Assembly: GCA_965249865.1 (NCBI GenBank)
Contig: CBDFMZ010000002.1
Location: forward strand, 1,483,304 to 1,547,303
From: Acidobacteriota bacterium
GTDB taxonomy: Bacteria > Acidobacteriota > UBA6911 > RPQK01 > CBDFMZ01
Length of the DNA stretch: 64,000 bases
Direction of reading: 5' to 3'
The notes under the pieces: generated by a model
What the model saw: the letters and a program-made list of their open reading frames with translations, nothing else
Databases searched by the model: none
What the model was told of the DNA's origin: nothing
Shown: in pieces, positions 9,196-18,180 of the stretch
Numbering within the stretch: the first letter of the stretch is position 1
Layout of the letters: each line of letters begins with the position of its first letter
Position numbers and translations under genes: made by a program

Positions 9196-11310
9196 ATCCT
9201 GAGAGCGACTTCGTTCATTTTTTTTTCTCGCCACCGGCCAAGTCAGCTCCCTGACCGTTTTCACGTGCTTCATCAACTCCACCCTGTCGAGGAAATAGCT
9301 TGATTTGAACTGGCTTTTGCTAAAAAGCTGGCGGGACTGATCATCCCAGTGGGGTGAATCCGAATGATCGCTCTGACCCAGCGGGACTACGGTGAAGGAA
9401 TAGGGCGGACGGGCCAGGATAACTACCTGTGTGAAAGCCTGGCCGCCATATCCCAGGAAGGTATGATCTGGTCTTTCCTCAAAACCAATTGCCCGAGGAG
9501 TGGCCATGCCGGAGGCAAGAAGTGATCCTCCACCTACTGGATAGTGCTCATCGGCTCCTTTCCGACCCAAACGGAACACACGACCATAATTCACTTCCAA
9601 GCTTCCGAAGTGGCTGTGTAAGCGATCTCGTCCATCTCCGAGGGCCTTGAGTAACTGTTCCGAAGTGAGTGTACCCTTAGTAACTTGACCGGCGTCCACC
9701 ACACGAGCCAGGGTTGCTCCCAAACTATCCTTCCAGTACTTGTACGCGATGGCTCCCAGAGAATCCGTGTCCATACGCCGGTTCCACCCGATTATCCGCT
9801 CATAAAACGTTGTCAGGTCACTTTCTGGAGGTGCACCCACGTTCTCGAGAAGGGCCTGCCACGATTCGGCCTGGTACACTCTAGAACTCACAGCAATTTC
9901 TAGAGCTTGATCGACACTGATTTGGTCGTCATCGTGAAGGAGTTGCAGAACCATCGCTGCCCGCTGATGTAGGTCATCATCTCCATTGTAAAGATATGGT
10001 CTTTCCCGCACTGTATCACGAACCAGCGGACTGGATTTCATGATCAGAGCAGGTGAGATATTACAGTTCTGCATATATTCCTGCGCGGGATTGGTGATTT
10101 GAATCAGATCGGAAAGCGGGTGGATTCCCTGCCACTCGCTGGCTGAAGTGTTTCCGGGAACAGGTCGGCTAAAATCGAATCCTTTGGGGCGAATCGGGAC
10201 TCGTCCGTTCCGGAGGTAATAAATATCTCCATGCACGGTGCCCACCATAACGTTTTGGGCCATCAACTGTAGCATACCCAGGGCCTTTTTGATCTGGTCC
10301 AATGTCCGTGCGGTCACCATCCTGTAAATCTGATCCGTAAGCTTCACTTCGTTGGCATAAGGTACAGCCATGGCGTAAGCCTTATCCCCTTTTCGTGCCA
10401 GCACGGGTCCATGATGCGTGGACTCTATTTCGACTTCCAGCCAGCGAACTCCATCCCCTTCCTTCATTCCAATCTTCTCTGTCCTGACCGTGATCTCTCG
10501 CCATGCCCCATCATACCTGTATTGACGTGAATTCGATGGATTGATTTCCTCCTCGTAAATGTCCGAAGTGTCCGGACCACCTGTGGTCATGGCGATGGAG
10601 ACGTAGCGACTGTGTCCCAGGGCTGGAAACGGGATTCCCACCACAGTCACCCCGGAAAACTGTATCTCTCCTCCATAGAGCCGGCACTCGTAAAAACGAA
10701 AGTGATCATACCAACTCAGATGAGGATCAATCAGCGCAATTGGCGCTCCTATCGTGGTCCGCTGAGGTGCAACTAACCATTCATTAGACCCTAAGTAAGG
10801 TCTGGACGTCAGCTCAATGCCTCCGCGGCGCAGGTCTGCAGACACCTCACCAAAAGGCCAGCTCCAGATCACAAAGCGTGCAAGTGCCACCACTTGCCAG
10901 GGATGCAGCTTCGGGGCCCAGTCGGGAACTTGGTCGGGATACTCACGCATAAAAAATCTGACACCTTCCTGAAAGGCTTCGATGACAACCCGAGTCCTGG
11001 CACTGAGTTCGCGATAACCCCGCTGGCTGACCTCGGCATGCCGAAAAACTCGCTGCATATAGTCGCTCCGAAAATTCTCTTGCCCTCCTAGTGCTTCCGC
11101 CAGGGTCCCCTCGGCTTTTCGATAATTTCTCAGGAGTTGTTCCAGGCGATCCTCTGCTTGAGCATAACCTGTGCCAAAAGCAACCCCTTGGTCGGTTTCC
11201 GCGAAAATATGAGGAACACCGTATTGATCCCGATAAATAGTGACCCGCTCGGCCCAAAGGAAAGACGACAACAGAAACAAAACGACCAGAGGGAGGATCC
11301 TCGTAACCAT
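9163..11310 (-). CDS. Penicillin amidase/acylase-family Ntn hydrolase (secreted; possibly an N-acyl-homoserine-lactone or similar acylase)
   Basis: The product carries a signal peptide (MVTRILPLVVLFLLSSFLWA|ERV). The alpha-subunit region reads YGVPHIFAETDQGVAFGTGYAQAEDRLEQL, and the beta-subunit N-terminal nucleophile context reads GSNEWLVAPQRT...LIDPHL. The start was moved to an internal Met at 11310, because the 775-aa track ORF overlaps the divergent gene. Confidence 0.8.
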   Translation of the reverse strand: MVTRILPLVVLFLLSSFLWAERVTIYRDQYGVPHIFAETDQGVAFGTGYAQAEDRLEQLLRNYRKAEGTLAEALGGQENFRSDYMQRVFRHAEVSQRGYRELSARTRVVIEAFQEGVRFFMREYPDQVPDWAPKLHPWQVVALARFVIWSWPFGEVSADLRRGGIELTSRPYLGSNEWLVAPQRTTIGAPIALIDPHLSWYDHFRFYECRLYGGEIQFSGVTVVGIPFPALGHSRYVSIAMTTGGPDTSDIYEEEINPSNSRQYRYDGAWREITVRTEKIGMKEGDGVRWLEVEIESTHHGPVLARKGDKAYAMAVPYANEVKLTDQIYRMVTARTLDQIKKALGMLQLMAQNVMVGTVHGDIYYLRNGRVPIRPKGFDFSRPVPGNTSASEWQGIHPLSDLIQITNPAQEYMQNCNISPALIMKSSPLVRDTVRERPYLYNGDDDLHQRAAMVLQLLHDDDQISVDQALEIAVSSRVYQAESWQALLENVGAPPESDLTTFYERIIGWNRRMDTDSLGAIAYKYWKDSLGATLARVVDAGQVTKGTLTSEQLLKALGDGRDRLHSHFGSLEVNYGRVFRLGRKGADEHYPVGGGSLLASGMATPRAIGFEERPDHTFLGYGGQAFTQVVILARPPYSFTVVPLGQSDHSDSPHWDDQSRQLFSKSQFKSSYFLDRVELMKHVKTVRELTWPVARKKNERSRSQDSDFSTPQTFR

Positions 11311-11474
11311 CAAGCTTAAGAAGATAAATCGATTCAAGCTGCTTGTGATCATAACACGGCTACTAAAGAAAAAAAGCGCCAGTTTTCCAAATTGATACCG
11401 GTTAAGAAGACTGCGAATAGACACTGACCAACATTGAATACCTTCGCAAAAATCACGTACAATGACCTTTATCA

Positions 11475-12479
11475 ATGCAGGCAAGATCACTTTCCTTCAA
11501 CCTCGAGCCCACGTTTCGTTGCAATCTCGAATGCCCGATGTGTCCCCGTTTTTCGAGCGAAGATCCCCATTTGGACATGTCGATGGAAACATATGCTCGT
11601 ATTCATGAAGCGATGATATCTGCCCACACGGTCGACTTTACGGGGTGGGGCGAACCAATGCTACATGGAAGAATTTTTGAAATGATTCAGATGGCGAAGG
11701 ATCAAGGTTCGACCACTACCATGACTACCAACGGTACCACTTTGAATGAGAAAAACAGCAAGAAGCTCATTGGTACCGGTTTGGATCGACTGGCGGTTTC
11801 GATTGATGGGATGACTCCTGCCACTTACAATTCGATCCGGATTGGTGCAACTTTTGAAAAAGTGACTAGAAACCTTAAGGACCTCTCCCGGTTGGTGAAG
11901 CAGGCAGAAAGTCCCCTGGAATTTTCAGTCGCCTTCACTCTCCAGGAAAATAACGCCCGGGATCTCGAACTTATAGTTCCCTGGATGAGGTCAGTCGATG
12001 CCAGGGTACTACATTTAAAGCACCTCAATGTCATCTCAAACGGCGAGGATTGGAAAAACAGCTTTTTGAAATATCTCCATCCACCTGTTCCGGAAAACGG
12101 AAGTACTCTAGGAAAACTGGAGGAGAATATCGCTGGTCTGGCAAATGCCTGTAAGAGCGCCGAAATCCGTTTGAATATGTATTCAGAATTTCCAATGACC
12201 CCTGAAATAAAGGGACGCCATTGTCTAGCGACCCCTCTCAATGCGGTCTATTTTTCCTATGAAGGACTAGTCTCGCCATGTTGTCACTTTGGGCATCATG
12301 TCAGTCGTTACTTCGAAGGAACGTTCTACCCTCCATCGTCACTCTTTTATGGGGACATTCGTCTGCAAACCTTCAAGGAAGTGTGGAACGATCCTGAATT
12401 TAAAGCCTTTCGGAAGGGTTTTATCACCAAAGAATTTCCACAGGCCTGCCGTACCTGTTATCTTCTTTACGGTAAGTAA
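11475..12479 (+). CDS. Radical SAM enzyme with a C-terminal SPASM/twitch-like Cys-rich domain
   Basis: CNLECPMC is the CX3CX2C motif of radical SAM enzymes. GWGEPML matches the glycine-rich SAM-binding motif (GGEP-type). The C-terminus has additional Cys (CCHFGHH...CRTCY) consistent with an auxiliary Fe-S domain. Confidence 0.7.
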   Translation: MQARSLSFNLEPTFRCNLECPMCPRFSSEDPHLDMSMETYARIHEAMISAHTVDFTGWGEPMLHGRIFEMIQMAKDQGSTTTMTTNGTTLNEKNSKKLIGTGLDRLAVSIDGMTPATYNSIRIGATFEKVTRNLKDLSRLVKQAESPLEFSVAFTLQENNARDLELIVPWMRSVDARVLHLKHLNVISNGEDWKNSFLKYLHPPVPENGSTLGKLEENIAGLANACKSAEIRLNMYSEFPMTPEIKGRHCLATPLNAVYFSYEGLVSPCCHFGHHVSRYFEGTFYPPSSLFYGDIRLQTFKEVWNDPEFKAFRKGFITKEFPQACRTCYLLYGK

Positions 12480-12497
12480 ACTCCAATCCAGGACGTT

Positions 12498-12863
12498 TTA
12501 GAACCAGACGGAAGCGTTGTTTGAATCTTTACTCTTACCCACTTCGTTAAAGGCGAAGACTTTGTAAACAAACACACCGGTGATGTATTTACCAATCTTG
12601 TCCCTGTAACGACTGGTGTTTGTTCCTACCATTCCAATCACTCGGAATTCTCCCCCATTATCAGAACGAATTATCTCGAAACCCACTTCATTGTCAGACT
12701 GGTCCTGCCAGGCTAAAGTAGCAACGGCAGTGCCGCCTTCAAAACTGCTGGAAACCTTTAAGTTAATCGGTTTCTTTGGCGCCCGTTGGGCCTCTTGAGG
12801 TTCAGCCCCAGCAACCCCTGCTGTCCAGGCTGTAAAGAATATCCCTAGGATGAATCGTTTCAT
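12498..12863 (-). CDS. Small secreted protein with an FN3-like beta-sandwich domain
   Basis: A signal peptide (MKRFILGIFFTAWTAGVAGA) is followed by EVGFEIIRSDNGGEFRVIG...NTSRY...YKVFAFNEVGKS, an FN3-like pattern. It converges on the rSAM gene. Confidence 0.4.
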   Translation of the reverse strand: MKRFILGIFFTAWTAGVAGAEPQEAQRAPKKPINLKVSSSFEGGTAVATLAWQDQSDNEVGFEIIRSDNGGEFRVIGMVGTNTSRYRDKIGKYITGVFVYKVFAFNEVGKSKDSNNASVWF

Positions 12864-12982
12864 TTGGTGTCTCCCCTATTTAGGTTGCCCTAAATCCCCT
12901 CCCAAAACCAACTTGTTATAAGATGGTTGGATTTTGCACTTGTTGCATAAAATCAATCCATCTGCTCTTGCGGAGACAGTTT

Positions 12983-14665
12983 ATGTTTCGATCCATTGCC
13001 TGCACCGGAGCTTTACTTCTTTTTTTAGCTTGCGTGGCTGAAAAACAATACGACTTAGTGCTGCGCAACGGCCTTATATATGACGGCAGCGGATTGCCTC
13101 CATTCGTTGGGGATATCGCTGTTAACGGTGACAAGATCCAAGCGGTCAGATCCTTGCTGGATACGCGAGCCAAAACGGAAATTGATATCTCCGGCCTAGC
13201 CGTTGCTCCCGGTTTCATCAACATGCTTAGCTGGGCCACCGCCTCGTTAATTGAAGATGGTCAATCTCAAAGCGATATTCGTCAAGGGGTAACCCTTGAG
13301 GTCTTCGGTGAGGGGTGGTCCATGGGTCCTCTGAACGAATCCATGAAGAAGGAGATGTGCGAGCGGCAGGGGGATATTCAATACGAGATCCATTGGACAA
13401 CCCTAGGAGAGTACTTAGAGCATCTAGTGAGACGAGGAGTCTCACCCAATATTGCTTCCTTTGTAGGAGCCACCACGGTGAGAGTCTATGTTCTAGGCTA
13501 CGAGAACCGTGCTCCAAACGCCGAAGAGCTTGAAAAGATGCAAGGCTTGGTACGGCAAGCAATGGAGGAAGGCGCACTTGGTCTTGGTTCGTCACTAATT
13601 TACGCGCCGGCTTTCTACGCTAAAACCGATGAACTGATCGCGCTGGCAGAAGCAGCGGCCGAATATGATGGCCGGTACATTTCACACCTACGAAGTGAAG
13701 GAAATAGTGTTTTGGAAGCGGTTGACGAGCTACTCAGCATCGCACGAATCGCCAAAATACCGGCCGAAATATATCATTTGAAGGCGGCAGGGCAAATAAA
13801 TTGGCACAAACTGGACAGCGTCATCAAAAAGGTGGAAGCAGCACGTGCTGAGGGTCTTCGCATCACGGCCAACATGTACTGCTACACAGCCGCAGCGACC
13901 GGTCTCGATGCCGCTATGCCTCCCCAGGTTCAGGAAGGAGGACTGCAAGCGTGGATTAAACGACTCAAAGATCCCTCCGTCCGACGCCGGGTCAAGCTAG
14001 AAATGTCCACGCCGACCAACCAGTGGGAAAACATGTACTTGGCAGCAGGCTCACCCGAACGAGTCATCCTGATCGGATTCAAGAGCAAATCGCTAAAAAG
14101 CCTTACGGGAAAGACACTGGCCGAAGTTGCTGCCGAGCGTGGAAAATCCCCGGAAGAGACTGCTATGGACCTCGTCATCGAAGATGAAAGTCAGGTGGAC
14201 ACCATTTATTTCGTCATGTCCGAGGAAAACGTACGCAAAAAGATCGCCCTCTCCTGGATGAGCTTTAGCTCGGACTGGGCTTCGATGGGTGCCGAAGGAG
14301 TCTTTCTGAACTCGATTCCTCACCCGCGGGCCTACGGCAATTTCGCACGACTCCTTGGAAAATATGTACGTGAGGAAAAAGTGGTTCGACTCGAAGAAGC
14401 GGTGCGGCGTCTGACTTCTTTTCCTGCCTCCAACCTCAACATCGACCGCCGAGGATCTCTCGTTCCTGGCTATTTCGCCGACATGGTGGTTTTCGATCCA
14501 GCTAATATCCAAGATCTTGCCACCTATGCGAGTCCCCATCAGTACGCGAGCGGAGTTGTGCACGTCTTCGTTAATGGGGTACAAGTGCTTAAAGACGGAG
14601 AGCACACAGGAGCAAAGCCTGGTCGCGTCGTTCGGGGCCCGGGCTGGAAGGGGCCCGAACGGTGA
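12983..14665 (+). CDS. N-acyl-D-amino-acid deacylase (D-aminoacylase) family amidohydrolase, probable lipoprotein
   Basis: After a lipobox-like signal (LLLFLAC) the product reads YDLVLRNGLIYDGSG...GFINMLSWATASLIEDGQSQSDIRQGVTLEVFGEG, as in D-aminoacylases. The start was moved to the ATG at 12983. Confidence 0.75.
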   Translation: MFRSIACTGALLLFLACVAEKQYDLVLRNGLIYDGSGLPPFVGDIAVNGDKIQAVRSLLDTRAKTEIDISGLAVAPGFINMLSWATASLIEDGQSQSDIRQGVTLEVFGEGWSMGPLNESMKKEMCERQGDIQYEIHWTTLGEYLEHLVRRGVSPNIASFVGATTVRVYVLGYENRAPNAEELEKMQGLVRQAMEEGALGLGSSLIYAPAFYAKTDELIALAEAAAEYDGRYISHLRSEGNSVLEAVDELLSIARIAKIPAEIYHLKAAGQINWHKLDSVIKKVEAARAEGLRITANMYCYTAAATGLDAAMPPQVQEGGLQAWIKRLKDPSVRRRVKLEMSTPTNQWENMYLAAGSPERVILIGFKSKSLKSLTGKTLAEVAAERGKSPEETAMDLVIEDESQVDTIYFVMSEENVRKKIALSWMSFSSDWASMGAEGVFLNSIPHPRAYGNFARLLGKYVREEKVVRLEEAVRRLTSFPASNLNIDRRGSLVPGYFADMVVFDPANIQDLATYASPHQYASGVVHVFVNGVQVLKDGEHTGAKPGRVVRGPGWKGPER

Positions 14666-14701
14666 ATATCTCAGGTTCCCGGCTGATCAGAAAACCAGAA
14701 A

Positions 14702-15520
14702 TCAGCCACCAATTGCTGAGATCTGTTCCTTCAAGAGGGAGGACTCATGGACATAATTTTGGATTTTTCCCAGAGATTCAGCTAATCGGACGACCTCGCC
14801 GATGACGAGAAGCGCTGGAGATCGGATGCCAGCTTGGGTCGATTTGGCAACGATGGTCTGAAGTGTTGCGCTCACGTACCGTTGTGTTTCTAAAGTACCT
14901 GCATGAATTAAAACCGCCGGTGTGCCTAGTGCCCGTCCATGAAGGATCAGCTGAGAGATAATATGCCGGAGGTTTTGCAGTGGCATTAAGACCACCAGGG
15001 TGTCGCTAGCCCGGGCGATTACGTCCCAGCGCACTGGTTCATCGCAGCCCGTTGGCTGGTATCCGGTCACAATAGTAACTGATGAAGCCAGGTTGCGGTA
15101 GGTCACCGGGATACCTACAGAGGCAGGAACAGCCAACGCCGAACTCACACCGGGAACCACTTCATAGGGAATCTTTTTTTGAGCCAGGTAGAGGGCCTCT
15201 TCACCTCCGCGCCCAAACACAAATGGATCACCCCCTTTTAGCCGAACCACCTGTTTACCCTCCCTAGCACGAGCCACCAGCATCTCATTGATTTTACCCT
15301 GTGGAAAGCTGTGACGACCCCCTTTTTTTCTCACCGAGACACGCTCTGCTCCGGCGGGTGCCAAAGCGAGAACACGCCGGTCAACCAACCGATCGTAAAC
15401 AATGACATCTGCCCGTTGGAGATATCGTAACCCTTTCACGGTCAGCAGCTCCGGGTCCCCCGGACCCGCTCCCACCAGGTAAACTTTACCAACCTTAGAA
15501 AATAATACTCTCACCTTCAT
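14702..15520 (-). CDS. cobA: Uroporphyrinogen-III C-methyltransferase (SUMT)
   Basis: VYLVGAGPGDPELLTVKG...GGDPFVFGRGGEE...GVSSA are the classic SUMT/tetrapyrrole methylase motifs. Confidence 0.85.
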   Translation of the reverse strand: MKVRVLFSKVGKVYLVGAGPGDPELLTVKGLRYLQRADVIVYDRLVDRRVLALAPAGAERVSVRKKGGRHSFPQGKINEMLVARAREGKQVVRLKGGDPFVFGRGGEEALYLAQKKIPYEVVPGVSSALAVPASVGIPVTYRNLASSVTIVTGYQPTGCDEPVRWDVIARASDTLVVLMPLQNLRHIISQLILHGRALGTPAVLIHAGTLETQRYVSATLQTIVAKSTQAGIRSPALLVIGEVVRLAESLGKIQNYVHESSLLKEQISAIGG

Positions 15521-16089
15521 TCCTCCCCTATCGCCTTTTTCAATTGTACGCGTACCGCTTCCACTCCCCCATCACGAGCAGCTTCCAGGAGATCTATTTC
15601 CAGCAAATGGTGATAAAAACCTTTCCGTTCCTCGAAAGATCGGAAACGCTGCTTCACCAACGACCGGATTTCTCCCAAGGCATTCAGGAGATCGGCGTAT
15701 TCGGGTCCAAACTGCTGCTCTAACTCGCCTCGGATTCTTGAAGCCAAAGCCGGGCTCTTCCCGGAAGTTGATACGGCAATGAGAAGGTCACCCTGCTCGA
15801 GGATAGCAGGGGCGATGAAATGACAGTTCTCGATCTGGTCCACCACGTTTAGTAAGATCTGATTTTGATCGGCAAACTTTCGAATTTTGCGCCCTTCTTC
15901 GTCATTATCCACCACGGCGACCATCAGAAACACCTCAGATGCCTCGGCTGGATTGAAGATCGTACTGCGACGAACCTGGGCACCTGCTCGCTGCAGGACA
16001 AATGCCTTTTCCTCGGCTAACTTGCCCTGTCCGACGACTAGACAAGGTTGACTCCGAATGTCGAGAAAGACTGGGTAGTATCTCACCAC
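15517..16089 (-). CDS. sirC: Precorrin-2 dehydrogenase / sirohydrochlorin ferrochelatase (siroheme synthase N-terminal-domain type)
   Basis: YPVFLDIRSQPCLVVGQGKLAEEKAFVLQRAGAQV matches the CysG N-terminal / Met8 / SirC Rossmann opening. The 190-aa product overlaps cobA by 4 bp. Confidence 0.75.
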   Translation of the reverse strand: MVRYYPVFLDIRSQPCLVVGQGKLAEEKAFVLQRAGAQVRRSTIFNPAEASEVFLMVAVVDNDEEGRKIRKFADQNQILLNVVDQIENCHFIAPAILEQGDLLIAVSTSGKSPALASRIRGELEQQFGPEYADLLNALGEIRSLVKQRFRSFEERKGFYHHLLEIDLLEAARDGGVEAVRVQLKKAIGEE

Positions 16090-16404
16090 GCCCTGTTAAG
16101 GTATCCACCAGGGTAGAATTTTCGATAGCAGCCTGCGGTAAAAGTCGCGTCGGGTCGCGCCCCAATGATCTGTGGTCGTTGGCCAGACGCGAGGAAGAAT
16201 CGATGCCTTCGCAACCGCGAGGATGACCGACACAGTCCAACGGCTACAAACCCCCAGAGGCTCTTCGAGGGGCGGCATGAACCCGTCTGCAATGTGGTAC
16301 CTCCTCGAAGATGGCACGGCATCAACTCACCGTCACATCCCAAATCAGAAATAATTTCGCCAGTAACCGATGGCTTGTTCTTCATTGGACAGGACACTGT
16401 GTCG

Positions 16405-17073
16405 TTAGGCGTGTAATCCACATTCCTTAAAACACTCCTGTTCCCACCACCAACGACCGGCTCGCAAATCCTCACTCGGGCGGACCGCTCGGGTACACGG
16501 AGCACAACCAATACTGCGATAATTCAAGTCATGCAGTTTATTATAGGGAACCTTGTGTTCTTGGATATATTTCCATACCTCCTGCTCGGACCAGTCCGCC
16601 AGAGGATTAATCTTCACGCGCCCGCTTGCCTCCCGTTCTAGTTTAGGGACCTTGGCTCGGTTTGCCGACTGCTCACGACGCAGGCCGGTGATCCACGCGT
16701 CCAGCCCGACAAGAGCACGTTCCAACGGCTCAACCTTCCGTATCTGGCAACAGAGTTTCCTGAACTCTACACTCTTATAAAACAGGTTGATACCGTGACC
16801 GCACACCATCTCCTCCACCTTTCGAGAATTGGGAAAATAGACTTCCATAGAAAACGGATAACGTTGTTCCACTTCTTCCATGAGCTGATAAGTTTCCTGC
16901 GGAAGCCGACCAGTATCCAGGGTAAGAATACGGGTCTTGCTACTGATTTTACTCAGCAGATCAATCAAAACCATATCTTCTGCACCAAAGCTGGAGGCCA
17001 AAGCGACCCGATCCTCGTACTTTTTAACTGCCCAGCGAAGTAAATCTTCTGCGTTTACGTTTTCCTTACTCAT
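16405..17073 (-). CDS. cysH: Adenylyl-sulfate (APS) reductase, thioredoxin-dependent, Fe-S type (CysH family)
   Basis: The PAPS-reductase fold is present (SFGAEDMVLIDL, ECGLH at the C-terminus). CC (KLCCQIRK) and CxxC (GCAPCT) pairs characterise the [4Fe-4S]-containing APS-reductase subclass. Confidence 0.85.
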   Translation of the reverse strand: MSKENVNAEDLLRWAVKKYEDRVALASSFGAEDMVLIDLLSKISSKTRILTLDTGRLPQETYQLMEEVEQRYPFSMEVYFPNSRKVEEMVCGHGINLFYKSVEFRKLCCQIRKVEPLERALVGLDAWITGLRREQSANRAKVPKLEREASGRVKINPLADWSEQEVWKYIQEHKVPYNKLHDLNYRSIGCAPCTRAVRPSEDLRAGRWWWEQECFKECGLHA

Positions 17074-17448
17074 CCCTTCCTTACTCCTCCAATCCCGATA
17101 AATTGTATCGACTTAATAGACAATGCTTACTATACTGCTCAAAGACTTAGTATTCAAGTCAGTTTTTCACTTTTTTTGGGATGAGTACGTCTGGAAGCAG
17201 TCGCGCTACTCAACATCATAGTCTCAGCACTGTCCCTGTGGATACCCCCCCTTGACTCGTCAAACACTTCAAGGCGGCGGCACGACCATCACGGGTTTGC
17301 TCGGAAGCAGATATGCCGTTGGAGAACGTGCAGTAGCTGGTTGACCCATACGGATCCGCGCACTACTCATTTGTACGATCGCCGATAGCCAAGAGTCACG
17401 CGGAATATCGTGGAACAGATCTCCACTTAGTAGATCTCCCTAGACGTC

Positions 17449-18180
17449 ATGCTGTTATCCTTCAGGACCATGGGGGAAGGGGAGAGCTTTCTCAATCGTC
17501 TGGGGGAGATCTGTAGGACACTCAGCTCGGGTGACCTGTGCCGTAGAACCCGCATGTGCAGGTGGAAAATACAGGATCCAACAGAATCGATCTCTTCTTC
17601 CAGGACCTTTTTCCCAATGCTCCCTTTGATCCTGCCCTCTCCATCCCAGATTTTTTTCATTCAAGCTGCCACCACCTGTTTTCCTTCTGGAATCGAAAAG
17701 TCTTCCCGGCTCGGAAAGACGGTGGTCCAACAGGCAATCTGACCCGAAACACTTATGCTGGCCAGCCGTTACCTGGAGCGCGTGCAACGAGTCCCATGGT
17801 CGGATCGTATCTTGGATAAAAACCGTTCCGACTCGGGCAGTGACTGGTGGGTGGTCAGCAAGGCATTCACGGGAAAGGGCAACCCCATGCTCATCAACGA
17901 TCCCCACCTGGTCCTGTACACTCCCGCCAAGCTCTGCGAGATCCATCTGACTGTCTCGAAGGACTTGACCTATGAATTTTCTACCAGCAAGGAAACGTAT
18001 GGTTTGCCAGAACTCTCATCCTCAGCTTGGGATCCAGCAAAAGTCTACCTGCTAGGACAACACTGTCCATCCCATGGATGTGACGGATACTTTGTGCTGG
18101 ACAATACGAAAAGAAAAACAGGCTTGCATTATAACCCACTACCGATGGCATATTCTAATTCCGACTCCGCGATTTTATAA
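17449..18180 (+). pseudogene. Degraded penicillin-acylase-family paralogue (fragments in three + frames)
   Basis: The + frames contain ...ATSPMVGSYLG then SDWWVVSKAFTGKGNPMLINDPHLVLYTP. These parallel GSNEWLVAPQRT...LIDPHL of the intact acylase at 9163-11310. There is no continuous ORF, and the 3' end is overrun by the TolC-like gene. Confidence 0.45.

Noticed and set aside
14670-14701. CTGATCAG palindrome between convergent D-aminoacylase and cobA
   Set aside because: It is only 8 bp with no U-tract. It is too short to call a terminator.
16083-16511. Minus-strand ORFs (142 aa and 73 aa) in the cysH-sirC spacer
   Set aside because: They overlap the cysH coding region out of frame, and no family was recognised. 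They were treated as non-coding spacer.
17455-17946. 163-aa minus-strand ORF in the 17-18 kb gap
   Set aside because: It is antisense to the acylase-paralogue remnant, has low-complexity composition and no recognised motif.
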